From the NCBI GenBank assembly GCA_964016885.1, contig OZ024740.1:395994001-396058000 (forward strand): DNA of 64,000 bases, in the 5' to 3' direction. This DNA is from Eledone cirrhosa (taxonomy: Eukaryota). The position numbers and the translations under genes are program-made. A model generated the notes under the pieces. That model did not search any database, was not told the DNA's origin, and was given only the letters and a program-made list of their open reading frames with translations. Shown here piece by piece: positions 1 to 12,560 of this stretch. How positions within the stretch are numbered: position 1 is the stretch's first letter; each line of letters opens with the position of its first letter.

Positions 1-120
1 ACCACACTCCACTACACCATATCTCCCACCCTACATTTAACCACACTCCACTCCACCACACTCCACGCTATTTCCTACGCTATTTCCTATGCTATTTCCT
101 CTGCTATTTCCTGTGCTATT
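1..120. repeat. (CCACA/CTACA)n low-complexity repeat followed by an ~11-12 bp GCTATTTCCT tandem repeat
   Basis: Visible pentamer repeats at 1-66 and about five copies of gctatttcct at 67-120. Confidence 0.8.
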
Positions 121-176
121 AATTAATCTGACCTCCTAGATGCTTCCAGCCAACTTATTTCCCTGGGTAGGGTTTA

Positions 177-720
177 GGGTTGGGGTAATGTTTAGGGTTT
201 AGTTTTAGGTTTGGGGTAATGTTTAGGGTCTAGTTTTAGGGTTGGGGTAAAGTTTAGGGTTTAGTTTTAGGTTTGGGGTAATGTTTAGGGTTTAGTTTTA
301 GTTTTGGGGTAATGTTTAGGGTCTAGTTTTAGGGTTGGGGTAATGTTTAGGGTCTAGTTTTAGGGTTGGGGTAAAGTTTAGGGTTTAGTTTTAGGTTTGG
401 GGTAATGTTTAGGGTTTAGTTTTAGGTTTGAGGTAATGTTTATGGTCTAGTTTTAGGGTTGGGGTAATGTTTAGGGTTTAGTTTTAGGGTTGGGGTAATG
501 TTTAGGGTTTAGTTTTAGGTTTGGGGTAATGTTTAGGGTCTAATTTTAGGGTTGGGGTAAAGTTTAGGGTTTAGTTTTAGGTTTGGGGTAATGTTTAGGG
601 TTTAGTTTTAGGTTTGGGGTAAAGTTTAGGGTCTAGTTTTAGGGTTGGGGTAATGTTTAGGGTTTTGTTTTATGGTTGGGGTATAGTTTAGGGTTTAGTT
701 TAAGGGTTGGGGTAATGTTT
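177..720 (+). repeat. 31-bp minisatellite with telomere-like TTAGGG cores
   Basis: Unit GGGTTGGGGTAATGTTTAGGGTTTAGTTTTA recurs with period 31 (tggggtaa at 181, 212, 243, ...), about 17 copies, decaying toward ~800. Confidence 0.9.
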
Positions 721-1156
721 ATATTTATATTTAGCTTGGTTTGGTTTAGATTTAGAGTTTAGGGTTGGGGCTAGATTTAATTTTATATTTAATTTAGTTT
801 TAGTTTCCAAATCCCAGAAAAAAAAATTGATTCAGAGCAACTAAAAGGTCAGATTAGTTGATAGCACTCAAAAGGAGACCGAAGAAAAATCATTAGGGTA
901 TATATCTACAAAACGACAATGGTTTTTCCACCTGCTTTACCCCTCCTTTTTCCTAGAAAACTAATCATTTCCAACTGGTTTGGAGGTCATATTCGTTGAT
1001 AACATACGAAAAATCTTAGAGAAAACTCTGGGGTTAAATGAGAGAAGTGCATCCACCTAAGTTTTCCATGAAGAGAGAGTCCATAACAAACATCTTGGAG
1101 TTCGGATTAGTTGATAACACATGAAAAAAAGATGAGGAAAAAATTTTGGGTGTTAT

Positions 1157-1310
1157 TTGGTGTGGAGTAGTGTGGTGTGTTGTAGTGAGGAGTCGTGTGT
1201 TGTGTTGCGGTGTTATGTGGTGTGGAATAGTATGATTTTATGTGGTGTGGTGAAGTGTGGTGCAGTGCGGTGCGGTGCAGTGTGGTGTTGTGCAGTGCGG
1301 TGCAGTGAGG
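1157..1310. repeat. (TGTGG/AGTGC)n degenerate pentamer repeat
   Basis: Reverse-complement counterpart of the repeat at 1-66. Confidence 0.75.
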
Positions 1311-1504
1311 TTCTTCATCTTTATCTTTCTCTTCTTCATCTTTGTATTCATCTTCTTTGTTTTGTCTTCCATCTAAACAAACAAAAAATATATAAAACAT
1401 ATATGTAGCCAATATCTCAGACTTTTACAAAGCTCCAGGGAGATAAATTTAATATAAGTGGTGTGTTCCTGAACAGAGATACTACAAAATAGCTTAAAAG
1501 ATAG

Positions 1505-1572
<68 letters not shown>
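1505..1572. repeat. (TA)n microsatellite
   Basis: Direct reading. Confidence 0.95.
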
Positions 1573-1581
<9 letters not shown>

Positions 1582-1733
1582 TACACGGGTGTGTATGATT
1601 GTGTATAGAAGATTATATTAATAAAAGGAATTCCAACTTTGTCTGATTTACTCGTTTTATTTACAATCCTTTAAAATTTATAATGGTATTAGAATGAAAT
1701 AGTATGGTAGAATATTAAATGTTAAGTGTTAAT

Positions 1734-1772
1734 TGAACAAGTACTTTCATGCTTTCGCAATCTTCAGGTTCA
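1734..1772 (-). ncRNA. Minimal type I hammerhead ribozyme (second copy)
   Basis: Exact reverse complement of 2698-2736. Confidence 0.8.
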
Positions 1773-2116
1773 TAATATGTGGTGACAGTCAAGTTTGCAA
1801 TTTTTAACTGTAATGAGATGGGTAAATGTTGTGCCTTATATACAGTGAAAGGTGGCTCGAGAATGCTAAATCTTGCAAACTGTATTTCGACCAATCGGTG
1901 TGTAGTTTCACTGGATTACTAAAGCTGATTGGTTTAGGCGTCACGGTTGTTTGAGCATGTCTAACGACTATTAATTGACCCGAATCAAAGCATCAATTGT
2001 TTTGCTATTTTTAGAAATGATGAAAATAGCATTTTCTAGGGTTTTTATACCCCTATGAATTATTATTGTTCATTTAGCTTGGGTTGGAATTTTGAAAAAT
2101 ATTCCCAAATGCAAAT

Positions 2117-2407
2117 ATGAACTGCAAAAGGAGAAATCTAATTTACTGCATTAAATGCCCGAATTGTGAAGAAGTATATGTCGGTCAAACTGGAAATGCA
2201 CTATCGGAACGTGCACGGGTGCACCAACAGCAAATCAGAGACCCAAATGTCCGTCAGATACCCCTGAGTAACCATCTAGCAACATGTGGTCAGAAAATAT
2301 TTATAATATTTCCGTTCTACAAATTACACAGGCCAAGTGAAATCAAGAGAAAAATCAAAGAAAAGAATTTTATTGATAAATTCCAACCCAAGCTAAATGA
2401 ACAATAA
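2117..2407 (+). pseudogene. GIY-YIG endonuclease domain of a Penelope-like retroelement (5'-truncated, open)
   Basis: NLIYCIKCPNCEEVYVGQTGNALSERARVH...KEKNFIDKFQPKLN matches the PLE GIY-YIG pattern: IY-CxxC-YVG, catalytic R, E, terminal LN. Confidence 0.85.
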
Positions 2408-2697
2408 TAATTCTTAGGGGTATAAAAACCCTAGAAAATGCTATTTACATCATTTCTAAAAATAGCAAAACAATTGATGCTTTGGATAGAGCCAGATAGA
2501 AGTCGTTAGACATGCTCAACCAACCATGACACCTAAACCAATCAGCTTTAGTAATCCAGTGAAACTACACACCAATTGGTCGAAATACAGTTTGCAAAAT
2601 TTAGCATTCTGTAGACGCTTTTCACTGTATATAAGGCACAACATTTACCCATCTCATTACAGTTGAACATTGCAAACTTGACTGTCACCACAGAATA

Positions 2698-2736
2698 TGA
2701 ACCTGAAGATTGCGAAAGCATGAAAGTACTTGTTCA
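2698..2736 (+). ncRNA. Minimal type I hammerhead ribozyme
   Basis: TGAAC (stem I), CTGAAGA core, T-TGC-GAAA-GCA-T (stem II), GAAA, GTAC, TT, GTTCA (stem I partner). Stem III region is the palindrome AGTACT; predicted cleavage after CUU at 2731. Confidence 0.8.
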
Positions 2737-2782
2737 ATTAACATTTAACACTTAATATTCTACCATACTATTCAGATTACAT

Positions 2783-3027
2783 CTATATATATACACATAC
2801 ACATATATATATATATATACATTCATATATATACATACATACGCACATATACATATATACAAGTACATGCACATATATACACATATACATATATATACAT
2901 GCATATATATATACATATACAATATGTATAGGATTCCTTTCCCTTTGAGCACATAATTTACAGGGAATAACGCGACTCTGTGGCTCCATTAATTTATCTT
3001 CATATATATATATACATACATATATAT

Positions 3028-3077
<50 letters not shown>

Positions 3078-3156
3078 GCATACACACACACATATATGCA
3101 TACACACATATATATACATACACACATATATAGATATACATACATATATATAGATT

Positions 3157-3249
<93 letters not shown>

Positions 3250-3250
3250 A
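2783..3250. repeat. Compound (TA)n/(CA)n microsatellite field
   Basis: Direct reading; explains the YI/CV-rich spurious ORFs. Confidence 0.95.
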
Positions 3251-3610
3251 AAGTACTTGACGATGAGCATTCTAGTTGTTCAATAAACTGATTGAATAAT
3301 ACAAACGATGTTTAATATACAGATTCATTATTTGTGTATATATAATATATACAAAGCATATAAATAAATTTACAGTAGAATAACAGCAAATATGTTTTAA
3401 ATATATACATAAATAACATTACCAATGCTTAAATAACATTATAAATTGCTCGCGATTCTTTCAGAAGGATATATTCCTTTAATGTTGAAATATTAAAGAA
3501 AATATACGTATATATATACACACATATATTTATTCAACTAAGGAAAGTTGGTTGATTGAAAATCTGCCGACTCTTTCAAAACAGTTTATGTTTATCCGGA
3601 GTTTTATTAT

Positions 3611-3716
3611 AATAATTGTTTCTACTTTGGCACAAGGCCAGCAATTACCCAGTGTATTACTGGTACTTTATTTTATCGACCCCATAAGGATGAAAGGTAA
3701 AGTTAACCTCGGCGGG
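3611..3716 (-). mobile_element. tRNA-derived SINE, 5'-truncated
   Basis: Matches the 3' half of the full copies at 16541 and 21708. Confidence 0.8.
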
Positions 3717-4269
3717 TTATAATAATAAACAAGAAAGACGGTATCATTTCTCCATCCCTAGTTATTTTATTATGCGTATTTCATTTGTATAACATCTGCC
3801 CTACGTGTTCTCATATCAACGGATATTTACATCTTGCATGGATTTTTGTCGGAAGAAAACACGTAGGGCAGATATTATACAAATGACATATGTCTTCGAA
3901 ATAAGTATAATAAAATAAATAGGGATGAACGAGTGATACCGTCTTTCTTCTTTATTATTATATATACACACACACATTTTCAAATGTATTACAGAGCCGA
4001 GATACAAAATATGATATAATCTATGGCGCGAAAATGATAGTGCAACAGGTCGTCGGCAGCCATTTTGAAAAATTTGTGTGGGAACGTGATAATATGATGA
4101 AAAAGAAAGAAAGGCTTCACTTGGTATAACAAATATGGCGAGTTCAATTTTTTTGTGAACGATGAAAAAAGCTTGGCGGGAAGAATAAGCAATAGCTGAG
4201 ATTCAGCGAAAATAAATGTTCATGTTGAAATGTGTTAAAAAAAAAAATCAAATTTCTTTTTTTTTTAAA

Positions 4270-7200
4270 TGATCGTTGTAAGAAGAAACGAAAAACATAT
4301 ATATACACGATATAACAAATGCTAAAGAAATGCTTGAAAAAGCAAAAAAATATGTATCTTTTGGCGAAAATGGATCTTTTTCCATCAATTCGCCCCCAGA
4401 ACTAAAAAAAAAAACAGACGGAATTACGAACTGTTGTATTCCGTACAATTGCCAAGAAAACTAGCACGACCATCTCAAGCTGAAATTCAGTTGGTCCTGA
4501 AAGAGGCTATGAAAGATATAATTTTCATACAAAAAGATAAACTCTATGGGTGTTTATCCATATTGATGAAAGACTAATTGGCGGCGAAAAAATACTCTGT
4601 GTCGCCAATTCGTTCCACGCATTACACCTTTTTTCCAACCTACATGGGTAAAAAACCCCAAAGAAGTTGGATAAGCACCATCACCCCAAACATAGACTAC
4701 TGGTGGTTACTAACCGGTTTCCTCAACTTGGACGAGGACAACCTAATATCAATAGGGAAGGCATCTGGCGACGCGTTCAGTGGAACGAGCATTGAAGTTC
4801 TGACCCAAATAAGGCCAGAACGAATCGCCCAAATCCCTGAACCCGTCATGCTGGATGACCGTACCCACCTCAACATTATTGTGGAGGGTAGGGTCCTGTT
4901 ACATCTGTGGCGACAGAGGTCACCTGAGGGCTGCCTGTCCCCAGCTCACACCGAAAAAAAACCTTTGTTACCAACACCCCAACAACAACAAAAACCAACA
5001 ACACCACCAACACCACCACCACAACAACAACAACAAACACGAGAAAAAACAACACAGAACACTGTCCCACCCAACCCTTCCCCACCCAAAACAAATACAA
5101 AAACACACACACCGCAAACACTACCAGAAAATATACCCCTCCCACCCAACAAGGAAGACGAACCCCTTTCGTCGCAAGACGAAAAAGATCCCTTCCAAAT
5201 AGTAAAAAGAAAGAAGAGGAGGCACACCACAGACACACTTATTAACATAAACCCTCCCCAAGAGAAAACAAACTATATACAAACCGCCCCTCCCCATCAC
5301 ACAACACTAACTGCTACGCAAAAAAAGAGTTTACAATATACATACATGAACACAAACAACAAAGAACTAATGAACACAATTTCGTCAAACCCTTCCGTCC
5401 AAACTGAAGGGCCTAACTTTCTAACTGCTGTGGGACTACCTCATTTACAAATGATTAAAGTCTCAATGAACTTATACAAAACATTGAAAATAAATTTTAC
5501 GGAGGACGTGCCCTAAACCTGCACCAAACCAATCAACCGCGTCCTCCTAAAAATTTCCCCACCCCCTACCCAGACACCCACTCAACTACAAACACCCCAA
5601 CCCCACAACACACCGATGCCCCTACACTTCCACAAACCACCACCCCACCCAACAACCCATCCCCCACCCTCATGGAAATTGAACGGCCCGCCCCCCGGGA
5701 CGCAGAGAGGTAAGTGCTTTTTCTCCTTACCACCAACGTGGCCTACGCTCACCTTGGAAGCAAGCAATGCTTCTAAATGACCTTCAAATGTGATGGTTAT
5801 CTGCGAGGCCCGGATCAGGAGCGTGTGACAGCTGGCCCCCACCTTTGATGACTTTGAGATGTACGCATCTCTCTGTCAGCCCGGAGGTGGAGGTGGGGTT
5901 GTCGTTCTGCTGCAAAAACATCTGGGTCTCGCCACACAGATAGTTCACTTGGACACAGGGGGTCGACTGGTGGTGCTGGACCTTGGCAGTGGTGAAGGTG
6001 GAGCCTTTAGGCTGGTAGCCGCATATGCCCCTTTTGGGACAGAGCGGCCTGACTTCTTCTAACGTCTGGAGTCTTTTCTAGGGACGTCCCGTTCCCTGCT
6101 TTTAGTGGGGGACTGGAATGGTATCCTGGATGCACGTTAGGACTATGCAGGGTCATGTCCCAATAGAGAGGGGTATAACAGCCTCAAGGAGTTACTCAGC
6201 CGATTTGTCCTGGCCGATAGATTTTGACTAGATTTTCCGAATGTGCCAACCTGGTCTTGGTCAAACCGCAGCGGTCAATCTAGATCGTACCTAGATAGGT
6301 TCTTAGTTAGAAATAAGGACAGGGACTTTTTAAGTTGTCCAGAAATGCTCATGGTTGGCTATTCAGACCACAAGTTAGTGATAATGGTCAACCTTGATAG
6401 AACGCATAGACAGGGTCCCGGTTACTGGAAGCTGAACTTGTCCTTACCGGCAAGTAAAGCTTACAGGGACCGGATTAATATGTTAGTTAAGGAGTGGTTG
6501 ACTGGAGCAATCGTCAATAGCAGGTGGTAGGTATCTCTAAAGAGAGAGATTAGATTAGTCTCGATAGAATTTAGTAAGGTTTTAGCTGCGGATAGGAATA
6601 GGAAGGAAAGGGAGCTGATAGAGTAGAAGAGGCAATTAGAAGCGGCGACGTGGCCAGAGTGCTAGCGTCGAGAACGGCTTTGAGCCAGTTTTTCGATGCG
6701 AAGCACGAAGGCTGCGTTGTCCGAAGTAAAATACGTGCTCTAGGAGACGAGGGGACCAAAGCTGTTAGCTGGGCTCACGTGACAGAAGCCAAGAGTGGAA
6801 TTAAATCCACCATCTGGTCTTTGCGAGACCAGGATGGACGGGCGATCCTTGAACCTAAGCAGATGTGTGAGGCCTTTCAAAGGCACTTTGCTCGATTGTT
6901 CGGAAGGGACGGAGAGCCGGTTGGGGAAGTAGACTTCGATCCATACCTCGACGGGCTGCCGAGTCTTTCGGACAAGGAGGTGAAGTCCTGCGAGGAGCCG
7001 ATTTCAGCCGCTGAGATAGAGGACGTGCTTAGCCAATGCGGCAAACGCAAATCCCCGGGTCTCGATGGTCTTCCATTCGAACTATATCTAGCTATGCCGG
7101 ACTTGTTCCCTGATCTCCTCAAGGCGGTCTACTGCAACTGGCAACAGAGGGTTTGTCACGCTAGTGAGGAAGGACGAGAACAAGGGGGACGAAATAAGTA

Positions 7201-9320
7201 ACTTCAGGCCCATAACTCTGCTAAATACAGAGTTACAGATTTTGGCCAAGGTGCTAGCAAAGAGGTTGGCGCTTGTCGTGGGCAACCTGGTGGGAGATGC
7301 GCAGACATGCGCTATCCCGTCCAGGTCCATCCATGACAACCTCCACCTCATGCAATACATCATAGAGAGGGTTGGGAACGAACCCGGCTTTGGTGGGGCC
7401 CTGATCAACTTGGATCAATCTAAGGCGTTCGATAGGGTCGACCATGGTTACCTGAATGCGGTGCTAGCGGCGGCAGGCTTCGGACCCGTTTTCAGGGGCT
7501 GGATCACTGCCATGCACAGCAGCCGCATCTGCTCTAGGGTCAAGCTGAACGGCTACCTCTCGGAGCCGTTCGAATTGCGCGGTCCATCCGACAAGGGTGC
7601 CATCTCTCCTCCCTTCTGTATGTAATGACTCTAGAGCCACTGCTGCGGAAGTTGGAGTTGTTGCAGGGCATCCCTTTGGAACCGGGATTGCGGAAAGCGG
7701 TGTCGGCCTACGCCGATGACGTGACAGTAATGGTGTCGACAGCCTCCGAAATCGGGGCGATCGGCACCTTACTGGAGGAGTACGAAAGGTTTACAGGGGC
7801 TAAGCTGAACCGTGACAAGTCGATCAGTTTGCAACTCGGCACGTGGATGGGCAAACCGATGCCCTCCGATGGCGTCGTCGGACGCTGGACGGAGGGCCCG
7901 GTGAAGTTGCTCGGGGTCTGGTTCAGACCAGACCTCCAGGTGGAGAAGAACTGGGGTGAGGTTACGAACAGGGTGTTTGCACTGACCCAGAAGTGGGTCA
8001 GTTGTAGACTATCCCTGAAATGTCGGGCGGAGGTGGCGAACACCTATATAGCGTCCGTCATCTACTACCGCCTGACCGTCGTGCCTTGCCCAAGGGAAAC
8101 CCTCGCCAAGATGGAGCGCGCACTCTTCCAATTCCTTTGGAAGAAGCGGGCTCCTTTGGTGAGGAGATCCATCTGCTGTCAACACCCTTCGAAAGGAAGG
8201 CTGGGGATGCTGTGGCTAATGATGTGTAAACACGCATTAAGGCTACGGCACCTCCACATATTCCTCACCGGTCAATAGGTATGGGCCCCGTTTGTGAGAC
8301 GAACCTTTCCCAGACTCGTCTCACTCACCGAGCTGCAATCCTGGGTCAAGCAAAGACCGAGAAAACTGGGCGCCTGGCACACTGAGTATGCCCAGGCTCT
8401 CACGGCCCTCTGGCAGGCGGACCCGGTTATCAGTGGACACTCCACCTCGACATTCTATAGAGGGCTGGTACGCAGCAGGTGCGACGACGCCCTCGGAGAA
8501 GCCCTAGACATGGAGGAAGACGAACTGGCCAGCCTGTTCGGTAGGACATTCAGCCCGGGACCTATGGACAACTTCCAGAAGTCCCTGGCATGGTAGTGCT
8601 ACCGAGGGGCTCTACCTGTTCGAGAAAAGCTCTACAGACACGGGAGCCCAGGTAGGGACCCCACCAAAAAGATCTGTCCCAGATGTGTGTGCGACGAGGA
8701 AACCGTTGCACACGCATTGGTACACTGCTCGGGCGTAGCCGATCTGTGGGGCTATGTCGAACGACTGCTGTCACGGGTGGGACCGATTCGGTTGACCACC
8801 GAGGCCATTGTAACGATTAAGCCGACTGCCCCCCTTCAAAAAGGAAGGAGAGGCGGTGTTTCTGTGCGTAATAGCCATGGTGAAAGAGGTTGTATGGTGG
8901 ACGCGTCTGAAAGGACTGAGGTCGGGCAACTTTCTCTCTGGCCAACAACCGATATCATTTCGGAAGAAGAATCAGGATGGAGAGAGAGGTGCCCCACCCC
9001 AGTCGTTTTTATGAAAGGTGGGTGAAAGTGGCGAGAATGGCCTGTGTGAATGGGCCTTCTCTCTACATCAGCCTGTAGGTGGAAAAAAGGAAGGAACGAG
9101 GGAGCACCCTCTCTCTGTGCTCCTGAGGAGAAGGGTTGCACACTTTTTTCGGGGGTGTGTGCGACCCCCCCCCCCCCCCCTAAAACGCCTCCTCCCTATT
9201 GAGGGCTTTATTGTTAATTTTATATTTGTTATTTGTTTTCTTTACTCACCTTTTTGTGTAAACTCCCCCTCCCCCTTGTATTTGTCCCCTTCTTTTGCTC
9301 CCTCGTGGCAATAAATAGAA
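4270..9320 (+). mobile_element. Decayed near-full-length Tx1-like (L1 group) LINE
   Basis: ORF1 remnant with CCHC knuckle (CYICGDRGHLRAAC, frameshifted). ORF2 pieces: APE (GDWN, SYLDRFLV, SDHKLV, PGYWKLN), RT ([34 protein letters not shown]) and a C-terminal Cys/His motif (EETVAHALVHC). AATAAA near 9310. Many stops and frameshifts; 5' edge uncertain. Confidence 0.85.
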
Positions 9321-9424
9321 ATATATCTATCTATCTTATTATGAAATACTGTTGGCTTCACGCTCACAATAATTTCTATACTTTCATTTATCTATATATG
9401 TATGTATGTGTGTGTGTGTGTGTG

Positions 9425-10075
9425 TTAGACACATGGAATTCAAAAAGGTGTTCAGGGTTGTTGTTGGCAAGATGGTTAATAATTTTGTGGGTGTTTACCA
9501 AGTCAGTTGCTAGACGCCAGAGCTTCAATGTATTGATGCCCAGGGAAACAAGGCGCTCAGAGTATGGTAGATGCCTGGTCAAGGATATTCGCTTGGTTGC
9601 ACATCTTTGAACAGTTTCCAGGTCAATGGTCTGAGCAGGATAGGGGTTCCTGACTGGTGATGCAAATTCTAAGTGTGGCTGCACCATAGCCATGTACAGC
9701 TTTAAATAGATAGCTGGAGAGCGCCTGACAAAGGTCTTGCTGAGTGATGCTTAGACACCCTCGGCCTTTTTGACAATTTTAGAGATGAGCTTTGTCCAAC
9801 GCAAATCGCTGCTGACAGTAATGCCCAGATCACATTCATAAGAAGACTTGATATTAGTGTTGTGGAGAGAGTATGTGGACGCTGGGTTATTCCTCTCAAA
9901 ATGCATGGTGGTACACTTGTCCACAGCTAGCTTGAGTTGCCAGTCCGTGATCCATTGTTGCATTGTGTCTAGATCTGATTTTTGAGAGTTTCGCCATAAG
10001 TCTTTTGTGTGGCATAGAATTGAAAGCTTTTGAAAAGTCAAGGTAAACAACATCCACTCATGAGCCGCCATCAGT
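9425..10075 (-). mobile_element. CR1-clade LINE 3' fragment
   Basis: WQLKLAVDKC, DLGITVSSDLRW, HLEFASPV.NPY, LETVQRCATKRI, YSERLVSLG. Confidence 0.8.
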
Positions 10076-10088
10076 GATCCGGGTGATG

Positions 10089-11478
10089 TCATCATCATCA
10101 TCATCACCGTTTTACGTCCATTCTTCCACGCTAGCATAGGTTAGATGGGTTGTCCTGTTGTGGGCAGTTCCCGGTCGGCTGACCATATCTTGCTCATACA
10201 GGAACTGATTCTGGCTTGATTTCTACAGCTGGATGCCTTTCCTAACACCAACCTCATTTACAGTGAGTGCTGGGTGCTTTTTTTCCGTGGCGCCTACACA
10301 TCCACTTTACAGTGTGGGCTGGGTGCTTTTTTGCCGTGGCACCTCCACGACCACTTTGCAGTGGGAGGGGTGGGGGCATATTGTCTATATGCTTCAGCTT
10401 CGGCTTGTACCCATGGGGGTCGGGTCTTCTGTATTACTGTGTGACGCCAGAAGACACGGTCGTGTGTCATCGCCTTTGAGAGGTGCAATTGGGCATGGTC
10501 AACTTTTATCACCTCATCCCAGGTCTTCTTGGGTCTCCCCACTCCGCGGTTTCTATTGACTTCTAGTGCTCTGCACCTTTTATGCAGCTCTCATCCTTCA
10601 TACGCATCACATGTCCATACCAATGCAACCTCCTCTCCTGCACACAGCATTAGATTCCTCGTATGCTCAGTCTCTCTCTCAATTCGTTTATGCTTTGCCG
10701 TTCACGTATATTACTATTACACATCCATAGGAGCATGCAGGCTTCGTTTCTTTCTAATCTACGCAAGTCTTCTACAGACTGTGCCCAGGTCTCACTACCT
10801 TGTAACATTGCTCTTCGTATACACACATACAGTCTGCCTTTCATTTTGAGGGAAAAGCCTTTTGCAGCTAACAGTGGCAGTAGCGCCCTGAACTTCTTCC
10901 ATCCCGTTCTTACCCTAGTTATTGTACTTTCCGAACACCCACCTCTGCTGCTAATTTGGTCACCTAGATAGCAGAAGCTGTCTACTGTTTCTACAGAGCC
11001 CTCCCAGAGTTTGGTGGTGCTTCTTTCCTGTGGCTGCTTGCTGCTTACTTTCCCAGCACAGCTGCTACATGTGAAGCCTACATTCTTAGTTAAGCTTACT
11101 AAGATCTCACTACATCTCTTGTGTACCCATTGTTTGCATTTGGGGCAGAGGATGAAGTTCCTACCTACACCTTTCCTACATACTGACAAGGCCATTTCCC
11201 TGAGGGGATCTGGGTTCTGTTTTCTCATCTACTTACAAGGACCTTAGTCTTTGTCAGGTTGATTTTGAGACCCTTTTTTTCTCATCCCTGCTTCCATATT
11301 TGGAATTTCTTCTCTAGTTCTACCATAGATTCAGCTCCTCCATTATTGCCTGCAAAACTATGATGAACAGGAGAGGGCTAAGAACAGAGCCCTGGTGGAC
11401 ACCGACCTGTATGCTAAATTCCTCTAGTCATTGCTAATCCTAACTTTGCTGACTGCTCCCCTATACATGGCTTCTACA
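10089..11478 (-). mobile_element. RTE LINE 3' fragment, same family as 48028-51625
   Basis: High similarity to 48028-49470 with an internal deletion near 11337; (ATG)n tail. Confidence 0.9.
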
Positions 11479-11519
11479 ATGGATAATTTGATCACAACAG
11501 CTGGAGCAAAGGTTTTGTG

Positions 11520-12560
11520 AAACTGGAATTTAGGATAGGGACAGAAATATCTCTTTATTGTGTGTAATTATAAACTCAGAAGAAAAAGGAGGAAAACTAG
11601 CGTGATATCACTACATAAAAATGTGATGATGAACAATAATGAGAAATTTCAAATTGATTCAAAAGGAAGCTATAAGAAATTTGAAACATTCAAAGCAATT
11701 ATTTTTGCAATCAGAAAATGAGAAAATTGCATTGAATATCATTTCAAGGGAAATAGCATGCCAACAGAAACCATTTATTGAAGGAGACTTCATAAAGTAT
11801 TGTATGGTTTAAGACATAAATACGAATATAAACATGCATTTACAGGAAACAGCTTTTAGACTCGACTCATTCTCTCTTATATACACATATATACACCAGG
11901 TACAAACACAAAAGAACCAAACTCCCACTGTCACTGCCTCCACCTCTCACTATTGTGAGTAAATGGGGGCCCACACCTTGGCTCCAGCGGACAGAATAGA
12001 GAAGCCGTTTCCTTGGAGGATGGTGAGGGAGACCCGCTGGAAGAGCATTTTCCAGGAATGAAGGATATCCAACAAGGCTTCAGGAATCTGTAGCTTTCTG
12101 CATACACAATCCCACAGCAAATAGGCTTTAACTGATGATGTTCAAAAGCAACTGGATGAAAATATTTCAAAATTGCAATTTCTGAATGTCATTTTGGATG
12201 AATCATGTGACATCACTTAATGTGTTCAACTGTCTATGTTTGTTTCCTTCGTTGATGAGTATACTGGCATTAACCCTTTTGATATAAATCTGCTCAAAAC
12301 CACCGATTTTAAAGAGTACCTATTTAAATTAAAATCTTCCAACATAATTTTATATAAGAACTATTTATGTTACCAATACTATTTTAATTTCATTTAATTG
12401 AAATACAGTGTATTTCATTAAATATATGGTAACGATAGAGTTAAAAAAAAAGCTTATTTATCTTGCTAGAAAAGCATAATCTTCCAGCTGTCAAAGTCTT
12501 CTGCATAGCTACAGATGATGTACCAGGATAGGTTGAGCGAAAGGACACAGTTCACTTTGC
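11520..12560 (+). mobile_element. Highly decayed hAT transposase remnant (Charlie/SPIN/GTF2IRD2-like), interrupted
   Basis: Manual translation gives LDESCDIT*CVQLSMFV near 12195-12245 and CIATDDVPG*V near 12502-12535, resembling the hAT motifs LDESTD...QL.IF and ITTDGAPAMVG. Confidence 0.55.

Larger units (their letters stand above)
1698..2772 (+). mobile_element. Penelope-like element (PLE) remnant: GIY-YIG 3' end with inverted pseudo-LTRs (1698-2092 and 2378-2772)
   Basis: The two 395-bp arms are reverse complements, e.g. 2029-2092 versus 2378-2442, and enclose a GIY-YIG ORF. Both arms contain a hammerhead motif typical of PLE pLTRs. Confidence 0.85.

Noticed and set aside
177-720. True telomere or CRISPR array
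   Set aside because: It is a 31-bp composite unit rather than pure (TTAGGG)n, it is internal to other sequence, and it has no unique spacers or cas genes.
1107-1412. ORFs of 101 and 83 aa
   Set aside because: Translations of pentamer and trinucleotide simple repeats.
2752-3270. YI/CV-rich ORFs (similar ones at 51549-51874 and 58101-58331)
   Set aside because: Artefacts of (TA)n and (CA)n microsatellites.
4578-5516. 312-aa Pro/Thr/Gln-rich host protein
   Set aside because: It is the frameshifted ORF1 region of the Tx1-like LINE; the zinc knuckle lies in another frame.
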